From NCBI GenBank assembly GCA_016934475.1, contig JAFGST010000010.1, forward strand, positions 1-51,559: a DNA stretch of 51,559 bases. Reading direction: 5' to 3'. Origin of the DNA: Candidatus Aminicenantes bacterium (GTDB lineage Bacteria > Acidobacteriota > Aminicenantia > UBA2199). The notes beneath the pieces were generated by a model, which saw only the letters and a list, made by a program, of their open reading frames with translations, was not told the origin of the DNA and searched no databases. The position numbers and the translations under genes were made by a program. Positions 10,201 to 20,440 of this stretch are shown in pieces (position 1 is the stretch's first letter; each line of letters starts with the position of its first letter).

Positions 10201-10394
10201 ACGATCCGCACCTGGCAGATGTTGGGGAATTGGTAGCCGCCGGGGATGACCTGGAGCAGCTGGGTGAAGATCTCGGACAAAGGCAGGTTGGTCCTGGTGA
10301 GAAGCTCCTCGACCTGGTACAGGCAGTTCAGTTCCTTGGCCCGCTCGCGCATGTCGTGGAGCAGCTTGTCGATCGGGTTTTGCGAATTGTTCAT
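7212..10394 (-). CDS. GAF-like + PEP/pyruvate-binding ATP-grasp + C-terminal nucleotidyltransferase fusion protein
   Basis: N-terminal ERAKELNCLY domain; LGGKSAGL, IVRSSSLLED, FSGKYKS, DIEFA, LQCRP, GPGRWGS and SFGTHFF; C-terminal YVFGS...SDIDL pol-beta-type NTase motif. Confidence 0.82.
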   Translation of the reverse strand: MNNSQNPIDKLLHDMRERAKELNCLYQVEELLTRTNLPLSEIFTQLLQVIPGGYQFPNICQVRIVHEDHTYQSPGFTPSTRVQRVDIKEEEKVIGFIEVSYTRDVPQTENSYFLKDEQKLLQTIAERIGRTVLHFKLEQVSREWETAQKDLSDKIKKEWMVVIDLLRRTDQNLYIHLGRKMVYHLFWNGVMEAKELLKSLSKDQGAAQTEMSDDMNRPSQKKSQLELLELSDKTFRIAARYLSDSDILGRIQKWIQEDKASFLSRAINNIDMPLVDVINAITHYHYISGGTYELSPPMEKGLRVSLIRRFFSDQLDFINIAKNHIEVRHFYDLVQRIIYPANGYGRLGGKSAGLFLAQKILTKPGDHSEVLCELKFPKTWYITTDAILNFLSYNNLEEVNEQKYKEIDQIRLEYHNVVQLLKNAHFPIEIIKGLSMALDDLGNKPLIVRSSSLLEDRMGMAFSGKYKSLFLANQGTKQERLDALTDAIAEVYASIFGPDPIEYRAERGLLDFHEEMGIMIQEVVGQKVGDYYLPAFAGVAFSNNEFRWSPRIKREDGLARLVPGLGTRAVDRVSDDYPILISPGIPNLRVNVTADETMRYSPRRIDVINLKTCSFESMEITALLTECGSQYPGIENIVSVYEDDHIYSPSALGLDFSKANLFVTFEGWISRTPFVKQLQCMLKTLQEKMSTPVDIEFAHDGRQLYLLQCRPQSSTAGNVASLIPKDIAEDRIIFTANRYISNGKLPDITHIVYVDPENYSLLERSEQMIEVGQAVGKLNKLLPKRRFILMGPGRWGSRGDIKLGVPVTYSDFNNTAALIEIARKKGNYVPELSFGTHFFQDLVESSIRYLPLYPDDPGIIFNERFLLDAQNYFPDILPESAALADTIRVIEVPRAASGRVLRVLMNADLGEALGFLATPDSQASAERERVEVSETASDDHWGWRLRMAERIAGQLDPGRFGVKAMYVFGSTKNATAGPGSDIDLLIHFQGSERQKQELVLWLEGWSLCLAEINYSRTGYKSGGLLDYHLLTDEDIAKKTSFAVKIDAATNAARPLALKSQ

Positions 10395-10420
10395 CGGTGC
10401 CTCCCCCGGGGACAGGAAAG

Positions 10421-10443
10421 GGGGGGCGCCGGCGGCGCCCCCC
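10421..10443 (-). terminator. GC-rich hairpin just after the gdh stop (partial terminator or mRNA stabiliser)
   Basis: GGGGGGCGCC-GGC-GGCGCCCCCC perfect 10-bp stem, followed on the minus strand by only a short CTTTCC tract. Confidence 0.45.
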
Positions 10444-10455
10444 GGGATGTTCGGG

Positions 10456-11742
10456 TTACACCCAGCCCCTCAGCCTGCAGGCTTCGGCGACGCGGGCGAC
10501 GGCGATCATGTAAGCGGCGTCGCGCATGAAGGCCTTTTTCTGCTTGGCCAGCCCGTACACGGCGTGGAAAGCCGCGGTCATGACGTTGTCGAGCTTGCTC
10601 AGGACCTCTTCCTTGGTCCAGAAGTAGTTCATGTTGCACTGGACCTGCTCGAAATAGCTGCAGGTGACTCCGCCGGCATTGGCCAAAAAGTCGGGGATGA
10701 CGAAGATATTCTTTTTCTTGAACACTTCGTCGGCCTCGGGAGTGGTCGGGCCGTTGGCGCCCTCGGCGACCACCTTCATCTTGGCGGAGATCTTCTGCAC
10801 CGTCTCGGCGTTGATCTGGTTTTCCAGCGCCGCCGGCACCAGGATGTCGACATCCTGTCCGATCCAGGCCTCGGCGTCGGCCACTTCGTAGCCCAGGCCT
10901 TTGGCCTTGGCCTTGTCGATGCCGCCGAACTTGTCGGTGATGCCCAGCAGCTCGTCGAGGTCGATGCCGCTCTTCTTGATGAAGGTGTAGGACTTGTTGT
11001 CTTTCTGGTCCCAGCAGGAGACGCATACGGCCTTGCCGCCGTACTCCTGGTATAGGCGGACGGCATACTGCGAGACGTTGCCGAAGCCCTGGAAAGCGGC
11101 GCTCGTGTTCTTGATCTCGATGCCCAGCTCGCTCAGGGCCTCGCGCAGGGTGTAGATGACGCCGAAGCCCGTGGCCTCGGTGCGCCCCAGCGAGCCCCCC
11201 ATGCCGACCGGCTTGCCGGTGATGAAGCCGGGATACTTGGCACCGGTGAGCTTCTCGTACTCGTCCATCATCCAGATCATGTGCTGGGCGTTGGTCATGA
11301 CGTCGGGGGCCGGGACGTCCTGCAGCGGGCCGACGTTGCGCACCACCTGGCGCACCCAGCCGCGGCAGATCTGCTCCTGTTCGCGCATGGAGAGATTGTG
11401 CGGGTCGCAGATTACGCCGCCCTTGCCGCCGCCCAGCGGGATGTCGACGACGGCGCATTTCCAGGTCATCCAGGTGGCCAGGGCCTTCACCGTGTCGATG
11501 GTCTCCTGGGGGTGGAAGCGGATGCCGCCCTTGCAAGGGCCGCGCGAATCGTTGTGTTGCACCCGGAATCCCTGGAACACCTTCACGGTGCCGTCGTCCA
11601 TCTTGACCGGAATGGAGAAATGGTACTCGCGCAGCGGGTTGCGCAGCAGATCGCGCGTCCCCGGATCCAGGCCCAGTTGCTCGGCGACGCCGTCGAATTG
11701 CTGCTGCGCCATCTTGAACGCGTTGAACGATTTATCAGCCAT
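10456..11742 (-). CDS. gdh: Glutamate dehydrogenase (Glu/Leu/Phe/Val dehydrogenase family)
   Basis: RGPCKGGIRFHP, MTWKCA, GGGKGG, VPAPDV, GRTEATGFG, QGFGNV, EGANGP and PDFLANAGGV motifs. AAGGAGGT RBS before ATG 11742. Confidence 0.93.
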   Translation of the reverse strand: MADKSFNAFKMAQQQFDGVAEQLGLDPGTRDLLRNPLREYHFSIPVKMDDGTVKVFQGFRVQHNDSRGPCKGGIRFHPQETIDTVKALATWMTWKCAVVDIPLGGGKGGVICDPHNLSMREQEQICRGWVRQVVRNVGPLQDVPAPDVMTNAQHMIWMMDEYEKLTGAKYPGFITGKPVGMGGSLGRTEATGFGVIYTLREALSELGIEIKNTSAAFQGFGNVSQYAVRLYQEYGGKAVCVSCWDQKDNKSYTFIKKSGIDLDELLGITDKFGGIDKAKAKGLGYEVADAEAWIGQDVDILVPAALENQINAETVQKISAKMKVVAEGANGPTTPEADEVFKKKNIFVIPDFLANAGGVTCSYFEQVQCNMNYFWTKEEVLSKLDNVMTAAFHAVYGLAKQKKAFMRDAAYMIAVARVAEACRLRGWV

Positions 11743-11777
11743 GGGGTTTACCTCCTTGTGCATTCGTGAGTACGGCC

Positions 11778-11807
11778 ATTTTACCACGCCGTCGGTCCTT
11801 TTGTAAA
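11778..11807 (-). promoter_or_regulatory. sigma70-type promoter of gdh
   Basis: Minus strand: TTACAA/TTTACA -35 and extended -10 TG-G-TAAAAT (11778-11786). Confidence 0.55.
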
Positions 11808-11858
11808 TAGTTTACTCTATAACAATAGTGGCAGCCGGGCATTTTCCTTTCCAGCGCC

Positions 11859-14429
<2,571 letters not shown>

Positions 14430-14497
14430 GGGGCCTCCCTGCAAGATTCATTATAATACAGGTCGCCTCCGGCGGGAAAACCGGAGGCCCTGGTCTT

Positions 14498-14526
14498 TTG
14501 ACAATTTTGTCCGGACGGCATATCAT
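14498..14526 (+). promoter_or_regulatory. sigma70-type promoter for the chalcone-isomerase-like gene
   Basis: TTGACA (14498-14503), 17 bp, TATCAT (14521-14526); AAGGAGG RBS follows. Confidence 0.75.
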
Positions 14527-14549
14527 GGATGGCATCAAGGAGGAGAACA

Positions 14550-15110
14550 ATGGCGCGACACGGTTTGCTTTCGCTGGTTCTTGTTGTTCTTTTCGCCGTC
14601 CCCGTCGTGGCCGGCACCCTGGCCGGAATCACCCTGCCTGACAGCCTGGAGGTGGACGGCCAGAAACTGGTCCTCAACGGCATGGCCTTGCGCAAGAAGA
14701 TCATATTCAAGGTCTATGTGGCGGGCCTCTATCTGCCGGTCAAGGAAAGCGACGGAGTCAAGGTTCTCGCCGCCGACACCCACCGCTGCACGGTGATGCA
14801 TTTCGTGCGCAGCGTCAAGGCCAATCAGGTGAACGAGGCCTGGTATGAGGGCCTGGAGGCCAACACTCCCGGCTATTCGGCGCAGCTGAAGCAGCAGTTC
14901 GATCAGATGGCCGCCCAGATGGAAGACCTGAAGAACGGCGACAAGCTCGTCTTCACCTACAAGCCCGGAGTCGGGACCGAGATCAAGGTTAAGGGCAAGG
15001 TGAAGGGAATCCTGGGGGACAAGGCCTTCGCCGACGCCTTGTTCGCCTGCTGGATCGGCGAAAAGCCGGGGCCGGGAGAGAAGTTCAAGAAGGGCCTCCT
15101 GGGATTGTAA
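14550..15110 (+). CDS. Chalcone isomerase-like family exported protein
   Basis: Signal peptide; LVLNGMALRKK.IFKVYVAGLYL and FADALFACWIG...KKGLLG are typical of bacterial chalcone-isomerase-like proteins. Confidence 0.82.
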   Translation: MARHGLLSLVLVVLFAVPVVAGTLAGITLPDSLEVDGQKLVLNGMALRKKIIFKVYVAGLYLPVKESDGVKVLAADTHRCTVMHFVRSVKANQVNEAWYEGLEANTPGYSAQLKQQFDQMAAQMEDLKNGDKLVFTYKPGVGTEIKVKGKVKGILGDKAFADALFACWIGEKPGPGEKFKKGLLGL

Positions 15111-15135
15111 GCCGCTCCCTTTTCCGCCAGATCCC

Positions 15136-16065
15136 GTGAAATTCGACGCGGCTGAAGGGGGCAAACTTTACCGGCCGAGGGAACCGCGGCCGATCCCCTG
15201 GTCGTGGGGAGTTCCGTTCCTGCTGCTTCTCGCCCTGCTCTTCGTCCACGGCATGAATACAATCTTGCAGTGGACGGTGATTCGCCAGGACCTCAGCGAG
15301 CGGCCGGCCTACCGCACTCCGGACTACACCTTCCTCGGTTTCGCCCCCTTCCAGCCACAGAAGATCGCCGATGCCCAGCGCCTGCCCAACGCCTCGCCCG
15401 CGGGAAGGATCTTCGCCTTCTTCGACTGGCTCCATCCGGCGGTCTTCCTGATATGGAACAACGGCCGGGAGGAGGATTTCTTCGACCTGGGCCCGGTGGT
15501 GGTCTCCGTGCCCCCGGGATTCAGCCGCGTGGCCTTTTTCCCGGGATCGGTCTTCTCGCTGCGTAGCGGGTCGCGGACCGTGTTCAGGCATTTCGGGGGC
15601 GCCATTGTCGGCAGGGCCTGGCACGGTGTTCTGGCCGGGGGAACGTCCCCGCCGGCAAGAGGCCCATCGCGAACGCTCGGTTCTTTCGTGGTCAAGCATT
15701 GGGAGCGGTCGACCAGCCTCCACCTCCCCTACCTGCTCTATTTTCTTTTGCCCCTGGCGTTGATCGCCGCCGCCCTGGCCAGCTGGGGAGCGGCTGCGGC
15801 CGCCGCTTTCCTTTACTATGTCGAGATGTTTTTTCTCTTTGATTATGGAAAGCTTTTCGTCACCGTCCCTTTCGGCTGGCTGTTCAGGATCCTGGGCTTG
15901 GAGCTGTCCGAGTTCTGGATCAAGGCCGCGGCCATATTCCTGGTGACCTTGTTTTTGCTCGGCGCCGTTTTCGGTTTATGGCATTGGAAGAGGCGCGAGG
16001 CATCGCCCTGGATGAAAAGGTTCGTCCTGTTCCTCCTCTTGCTCCCGGCGGCCCTGTTCTTGTAG
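15136..16065 (+). CDS. Hypothetical membrane protein
   Basis: One N-terminal and several C-terminal hydrophobic helices. Start uncertain; no family recognised. Confidence 0.6.
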   Translation: MKFDAAEGGKLYRPREPRPIPWSWGVPFLLLLALLFVHGMNTILQWTVIRQDLSERPAYRTPDYTFLGFAPFQPQKIADAQRLPNASPAGRIFAFFDWLHPAVFLIWNNGREEDFFDLGPVVVSVPPGFSRVAFFPGSVFSLRSGSRTVFRHFGGAIVGRAWHGVLAGGTSPPARGPSRTLGSFVVKHWERSTSLHLPYLLYFLLPLALIAAALASWGAAAAAAFLYYVEMFFLFDYGKLFVTVPFGWLFRILGLELSEFWIKAAAIFLVTLFLLGAVFGLWHWKRREASPWMKRFVLFLLLLPAALFL

Positions 16066-16078
16066 TCGCCGTCGCCGG

Positions 16079-17131
16079 TCAGCGCCTGTTTTTTTCCAGG
16101 AGGACGATCGCCCGCTTGACCTGCTGCAGCCGATCGAAGGGCGCGATCAGGATGCCGCTGGCGGTGTGGATCACCGCCACCCCCTCCATCCCGATGAGAG
16201 CCAGCGGCTTTTTTTCATTGGAGAAGACCAGGGAGTTCCGCGTGTCGATGGTGATGGTATTCCCGCGGCGGACGTTGCCTCCGGAATCCTTGTCGTTCAT
16301 TTCGTAGACCGCGGACCAGGAGCCCACGTCGTTCCAGTGAAATCGCGCCTTGAACATGACGGCTTCGCGGATTTTTTCCATCAGGGCGTAATCGATCGAC
16401 TCCGGGGTGATCGACCTGTAGATCCTGGCGAATTCCCCCGGGCGGCCGTATGCCCTCTCGAGTCTGGCGTACTGCCTGCCGTAATACGGGGCATAGGCAT
16501 TCAGGAATCCCCGAAAAAAAGCCATTTTGTAGACGAACATGCCCGAATTCCAGTAGAAATTGCCTTTTTTCAGGAAGGCGGCGGCGGTCTTGCCATCGGG
16601 TTTTTCCCTGAACTGCCTGACCGGGAAGAACGGTCCCCTGTTCTTGCCCTCCGTGAAATGGATGTAGCCGTACCCCGTGTGGGGCTCGGTCGGCTTGATG
16701 CCGGCCGTGATCAGGCAACGGTTCTCGGCATGGCGAAGGGCGGCCTGCAGTTGCCGGGCGAAGGTATTCTCCTCGGCGATGTGGTGGTCGGCCGGCACCA
16801 CCAGGAGATGGGCTCCGGGATCGATCCTCGACAGGACGATGTTGGCCTGGATCAATGCCGGGGCCGTATTGCGCGGGGCCGGCTCGGCGATGAAGTTGCG
16901 GCGGGAAAATCTCGGGATGCACTCGCAAACGGCCGGCAAGTACTTCTTGTCGGCGCTGATAAAGATATTCCGGGCCGGGACGAATCGGCGCAGGCGGCGG
17001 TAGGTCTGGGTGATCAGCGGCCGTTTTCCGATGACGGGAAGGAACTGCTTGGGCTTGGCGGCGGTGCTCCAGGGCCAGAAGCGCGTCCCCTGCCCGCCGG
17101 CCATGATCAAGGCGAAATGGTTGCTGCTCAT
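16079..17131 (-). CDS. manC: Mannose-1-phosphate guanylyltransferase
   Basis: MAGGQGTRFWP..PKQFL, EPAPRNTAPA, PADH, GYGYI, FREKP, WNSGMF, SIDYALMEK and WNDVGSW motifs. Confidence 0.92.
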   Translation of the reverse strand: MSSNHFALIMAGGQGTRFWPWSTAAKPKQFLPVIGKRPLITQTYRRLRRFVPARNIFISADKKYLPAVCECIPRFSRRNFIAEPAPRNTAPALIQANIVLSRIDPGAHLLVVPADHHIAEENTFARQLQAALRHAENRCLITAGIKPTEPHTGYGYIHFTEGKNRGPFFPVRQFREKPDGKTAAAFLKKGNFYWNSGMFVYKMAFFRGFLNAYAPYYGRQYARLERAYGRPGEFARIYRSITPESIDYALMEKIREAVMFKARFHWNDVGSWSAVYEMNDKDSGGNVRRGNTITIDTRNSLVFSNEKKPLALIGMEGVAVIHTASGILIAPFDRLQQVKRAIVLLEKNRR

Positions 17132-17166
17132 GGTGGCAAGGTATCACATGTCGCTGGCAAAGACAA
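17132..17166 (-). promoter_or_regulatory. sigma70-type promoter 6 nt from the manC ATG (probably leaderless)
   Basis: Minus strand: TTGTCT (17161-17166), 17 bp, TG-A-TACCTT (-10 at 17138-17143), then GCCACC-ATG. Confidence 0.55.
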
Positions 17167-17244
17167 TTTGCCGGTGCCAGCGTCAACCGGCCCCGCTGGT
17201 CTCGCCGTAAACCGTCCACCGCGACGAGTAGAAAGGGACCGTGG

Positions 17245-18030
17245 CTATTTGAAATGCCTGCCAATCTCCTTCAGAACGGCCGGATAGAGCGCCTTGTTGG
17301 CGGCCAAGACCGTGCTGGGGTGCACGCCGAGCTCGTTTCCCAGAAAATCGCTGCTTGCGCCCCCGGCCTCGGCGACCAGCAGTTTCCCGGCCATGAAGTC
17401 CCAGGGCAGCAGGTGGGCTTCCCAGAAGAAATCGTAGCGGCCGCAGGCCGTGTAGGCCATGTCCAGCGCCGCCGCTCCGCAGCGGCGCATGTCCTTGCAT
17501 TTGCCCAGCAGGCAACGGAAGGTTCGCGTATACGCCGGCCGCTGTTCAGGGGCCTTGAAGGGAAATCCGGTGGCGCCCAGGGCCGAGGCCAGCGCGGTAG
17601 TCCGGCTGACGGTGATCGGCCGGCCGTTCAGGAAGGCGCCGCAGCCCCGGTCCGCATGAAAGATGTCGCCTGCCAGGGGATCGTAGATCAGGCCGAAGAT
17701 GACCTTCTCGTTTTTCAACAGGGCCAGCGAAACCGCGAAATGGGGGATGCCATGGATGAAGTTGGTCGTGCCGTCGAGGGGGTCGATAACCCAGAGGCTC
17801 TCGCCGCTTTTCCGTGAATAACCGCTCTCCTCGGCCAGTATGCGGTGGCTCGGGAATGCGCCGGAGATGACCTCGACGATGGCGGCTTCGGCCTCGCGGT
17901 CGACACGGGTGACAAAGTCATTCTTTCCCTTGACCTCGATGTCGGAGTCGGTGAGCATGCGAAAGCCCCGCAGGATCGCTGCCCCGGCCCGTTGCACGGC
18001 CCGCAGGGCGACCGAATGATATGGGGACAC
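17245..18030 (-). CDS. suhB: Inositol monophosphatase family protein
   Basis: DFVTRVD, LAEES, WVIDPLDGTTNFIHG, GAAALD and PWDFMAG motifs. Confidence 0.88.
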   Translation of the reverse strand: MSPYHSVALRAVQRAGAAILRGFRMLTDSDIEVKGKNDFVTRVDREAEAAIVEVISGAFPSHRILAEESGYSRKSGESLWVIDPLDGTTNFIHGIPHFAVSLALLKNEKVIFGLIYDPLAGDIFHADRGCGAFLNGRPITVSRTTALASALGATGFPFKAPEQRPAYTRTFRCLLGKCKDMRRCGAAALDMAYTACGRYDFFWEAHLLPWDFMAGKLLVAEAGGASSDFLGNELGVHPSTVLAANKALYPAVLKEIGRHFK

Positions 18031-18057
18031 CTTTTCTCCTTTGCCGAACGCCGGCGG

Positions 18058-18639
18058 CTATTTTTTTTGCCGGAAAGCCGTGAGGTTGATCCAGGCGCAG
18101 AGGACCGAGAAAAGGAAGATCGCGATGATGACGGCGACGTCGGCGGAGCGGGCGCTGGAAAAAGCCATCCCCACGCGCGGAACGACCCGCAGCAGGGCCA
18201 GGAGGTGAAAGACGGCCAGCAGGGCGAACAGGATGGAGGCGCCCAAGGCGATGATTCTCCGGCCGGAGCAGATCATCAACCCGGCGGCCAGCAGCAGGAC
18301 CGGGAGCAGGCCGATCAGCAGGGTCTCCAGGCTCCAGTGGAATCCGCGAAAGGTTTTTGTGTTGCCCCAGAGGAACAACAGGGGCCAGCCGGCCAGGAGC
18401 ACCAGGGACAAGAGGTGGCAGAGGTGTCTGGGGAATGATCTCCGGTCTGCCCGAGGCGCAATCCAGAGGAAAAAGAATCCGGCCAGAGCCGCGCCCATGG
18501 TGATAAGGCAGTACTGAATGCGCTCCGGCACCAAGTACGTTCCCAGCACGGGAACGGACTTGAGCACGGCATAGGACCAGAGGACCAATGCGGACAGGAT
18601 GAACATCGTGCCGGCGGCCAGATATTTTTTCTTGCTCAT
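18058..18639 (-). CDS. Hypothetical integral membrane protein
   Basis: About 6 hydrophobic segments; start at MSKKKY after a GGAG RBS. Confidence 0.65.
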   Translation of the reverse strand: MSKKKYLAAGTMFILSALVLWSYAVLKSVPVLGTYLVPERIQYCLITMGAALAGFFFLWIAPRADRRSFPRHLCHLLSLVLLAGWPLLFLWGNTKTFRGFHWSLETLLIGLLPVLLLAAGLMICSGRRIIALGASILFALLAVFHLLALLRVVPRVGMAFSSARSADVAVIIAIFLFSVLCAWINLTAFRQKK

Positions 18640-18748
18640 GATCGCTCCATCCTTATGAGGTTGCCCACGGTTTCCCCCAATGGTAAGCGGCGGCATTCCC
18701 AATGTCAAGGGCGGCGGGACAGGCGGCGGGATGGGTGCCGCCGCTGGC

Positions 18749-19276
18749 CTACGTCCGGCCGGCTTCTGTAGACGGTTCGGAGGGCGGCAGTCGCTGCAGC
18801 TCGATGTAGGAAACGGAGAACATCATGGTGTCGCGATCGCCGAATTTCGAATCATGGGTATGCAGATCCCCCTGAAGGTGATCGTCCTTGACGTCGAGCA
18901 GAATGACCAGTGAGTTGCGCCGGATGTCCTCCGCCTTCACCAGCGGGCCGTTCAGCCTGGCCTCGACGGCATACTCGGGATTGCCCAGCCACACCAGCAG
19001 CCAGGAATTCGGGGCGATCACCGCGTTTTCCAGCTCGGCGTCCCCGATCCTGCCGCGAACGGTCCGGTCGGGCCTGATCTCCAGTTCCACCGCGATCTGT
19101 TTTTGTTTGCACCAGCTGACAATGATTTTCCCCTCTCCCCGCCATTTTCCCAGAAGGGCCTGCGGCGGGGAGGAAGAGGAGGCGGAGCGGCCTCCCAGCG
19201 CCCATAATGGGGCCGCGGCCACGATGGGGAGCAGAAGCAGCCATGCGCGTCTTTTCGACCATTTTTGCCCGTTCAT
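18749..19276 (-). CDS. Hypothetical exported protein
   Basis: Signal-like N-terminus and LLGKWRG beta-rich domain. GAGGAGG RBS; start overlaps the upstream stop (ATGA). Confidence 0.65.
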   Translation of the reverse strand: MNGQKWSKRRAWLLLLPIVAAAPLWALGGRSASSSSPPQALLGKWRGEGKIIVSWCKQKQIAVELEIRPDRTVRGRIGDAELENAVIAPNSWLLVWLGNPEYAVEARLNGPLVKAEDIRRNSLVILLDVKDDHLQGDLHTHDSKFGDRDTMMFSVSYIELQRLPPSEPSTEAGRT

Positions 19277-20013
19277 ATCTTCCTCCTCGGGTCCGGACAT
19301 GGATCCGGATCTCCTGCGTCCGGTTCGCGGAAATCGGCGAATTCATCCTTCGTCTTCCCCCTGGGGGACAGCAGGAAGGCGATCCCGGTCGCGAACGGCG
19401 GCAGGGGCAGAAGCAGGATCATTAGGACCTGCATGGCGGGATTGCCGGCGGGCAGGCGCGTGCAGAACTGGACGAACAGCGCCGCTCCCGCAAGGATCAG
19501 GAGCGGGCCGCCGAGCAGCGGGAGGCCCCAGGCAACGGCGGTGAGGATCAGCAGGGAGATGCCGATGCCATGCTCCCAGAGGGCTCCCCTCTGCAGGCCG
19601 TGGCTCAGCAAGCTGAACAGCAGCCAGAATCCGCCGCAGGCCGCCCCCAGGATCAAACCCAGCCTGCGGACCTCCCCCTTCTTCCCGAGCAGGAAGATGG
19701 CCCTCAGGATAAGGGGAAGAAAGAGAAGCAAGTACCAGTCGCTCTCGGGATTCCTGCCGAGAACGAGCAGCTTGTGCAGAAAAAGAGCCAGGATGACGGC
19801 GTAGAGAACATGGAAGGAGAAGGATCCCGATTGGATCTCGATCCAGCATGAACGCTCGTCGCCAGCAGTCCCAAGCCTCATCATCCGCAGCAAGGGATCG
19901 ACCAGGGCCAGGACAAAAAGCAGCAGGAGCGCCTCCACCTTCCAGGCTATGGCCAGCAGCAGGATCGAGGCACTCAGGGCCCCGTACAGCAGGAACCGCG
20001 CTTTTTTAGACAT
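19273..20013 (-). CDS. Hypothetical multi-pass membrane protein
   Basis: About 8 hydrophobic segments and a GDER motif typical of partners of small XRE regulators; coupled to the XRE gene. Confidence 0.7.
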   Translation of the reverse strand: MSKKARFLLYGALSASILLLAIAWKVEALLLLFVLALVDPLLRMMRLGTAGDERSCWIEIQSGSFSFHVLYAVILALFLHKLLVLGRNPESDWYLLLFLPLILRAIFLLGKKGEVRRLGLILGAACGGFWLLFSLLSHGLQRGALWEHGIGISLLILTAVAWGLPLLGGPLLILAGAALFVQFCTRLPAGNPAMQVLMILLLPLPPFATGIAFLLSPRGKTKDEFADFREPDAGDPDPCPDPRRKI

Positions 20014-20215
20014 TTTGCCCCTCCTCCAGGATGAAGATCGATTCGACGCTGGCATGAAAGACCCTCGCCAGGCGAATGGCCAGCCATACGGAGGGGCTGT
20101 AATTCCCCTTTTCGATGGCCGCGATGGTCTGACGGGAGACGCCCACTTTTTCGGCCAGGAGCGACTGGCTCATCTCGCCGCATATGAAACGGTGAAAGCG
20201 CACCTTATTAGTCAT
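20006..20215 (-). CDS. XRE/Cro-family helix-turn-helix transcriptional regulator
   Basis: MTNKVRFHRF..EMSQSLLAEKVGVSRQTIAAIEKGNYSPSVWLA...VESIF. Confidence 0.9.
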   Translation of the reverse strand: MTNKVRFHRFICGEMSQSLLAEKVGVSRQTIAAIEKGNYSPSVWLAIRLARVFHASVESIFILEEGQNV

Positions 20216-20406
20216 TCTCGGCTCCAAGCAAATAGTGTTATCTATATAATACATTATGTAAATTAATATTACCAAATTGTCAATTAAAATATTCACTTTT
20301 TCTAAAGATTTTTCCTGAATTGGGAAAATTTGGCCTGAATTTGGGGAAAGCCGAGCTGCTGCCCAATCGGGATGCGGGCCGGCGAAAGGTTAGGGCTAGC
20401 CTCGGG

Positions 20407-20434
20407 TTGCAAGCCCGGAAGGTTGTACTATAAT
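20407..20434 (+). promoter_or_regulatory. sigma70-type promoter 6 nt from the glycosyltransferase ATG (probably leaderless)
   Basis: TTGCAA (20407-20412), 16 bp, TATAAT (20429-20434), AGCTCC, ATG at 20441. Confidence 0.65.
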
Positions 20435-20440
20435 AGCTCC

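Noticed and set aside
3304-10394. Annotation of the two ATP-grasp proteins as ppsA/ppdK
   Set aside because: They lack the C-terminal PEP/pyruvate TIM barrel and the canonical GG.TSHAAI motif.
20350-20420. Possible riboswitch upstream of the glycosyltransferase
   Set aside because: No recognisable aptamer consensus, and it lies upstream of or within the predicted promoter of an apparently leaderless gene.
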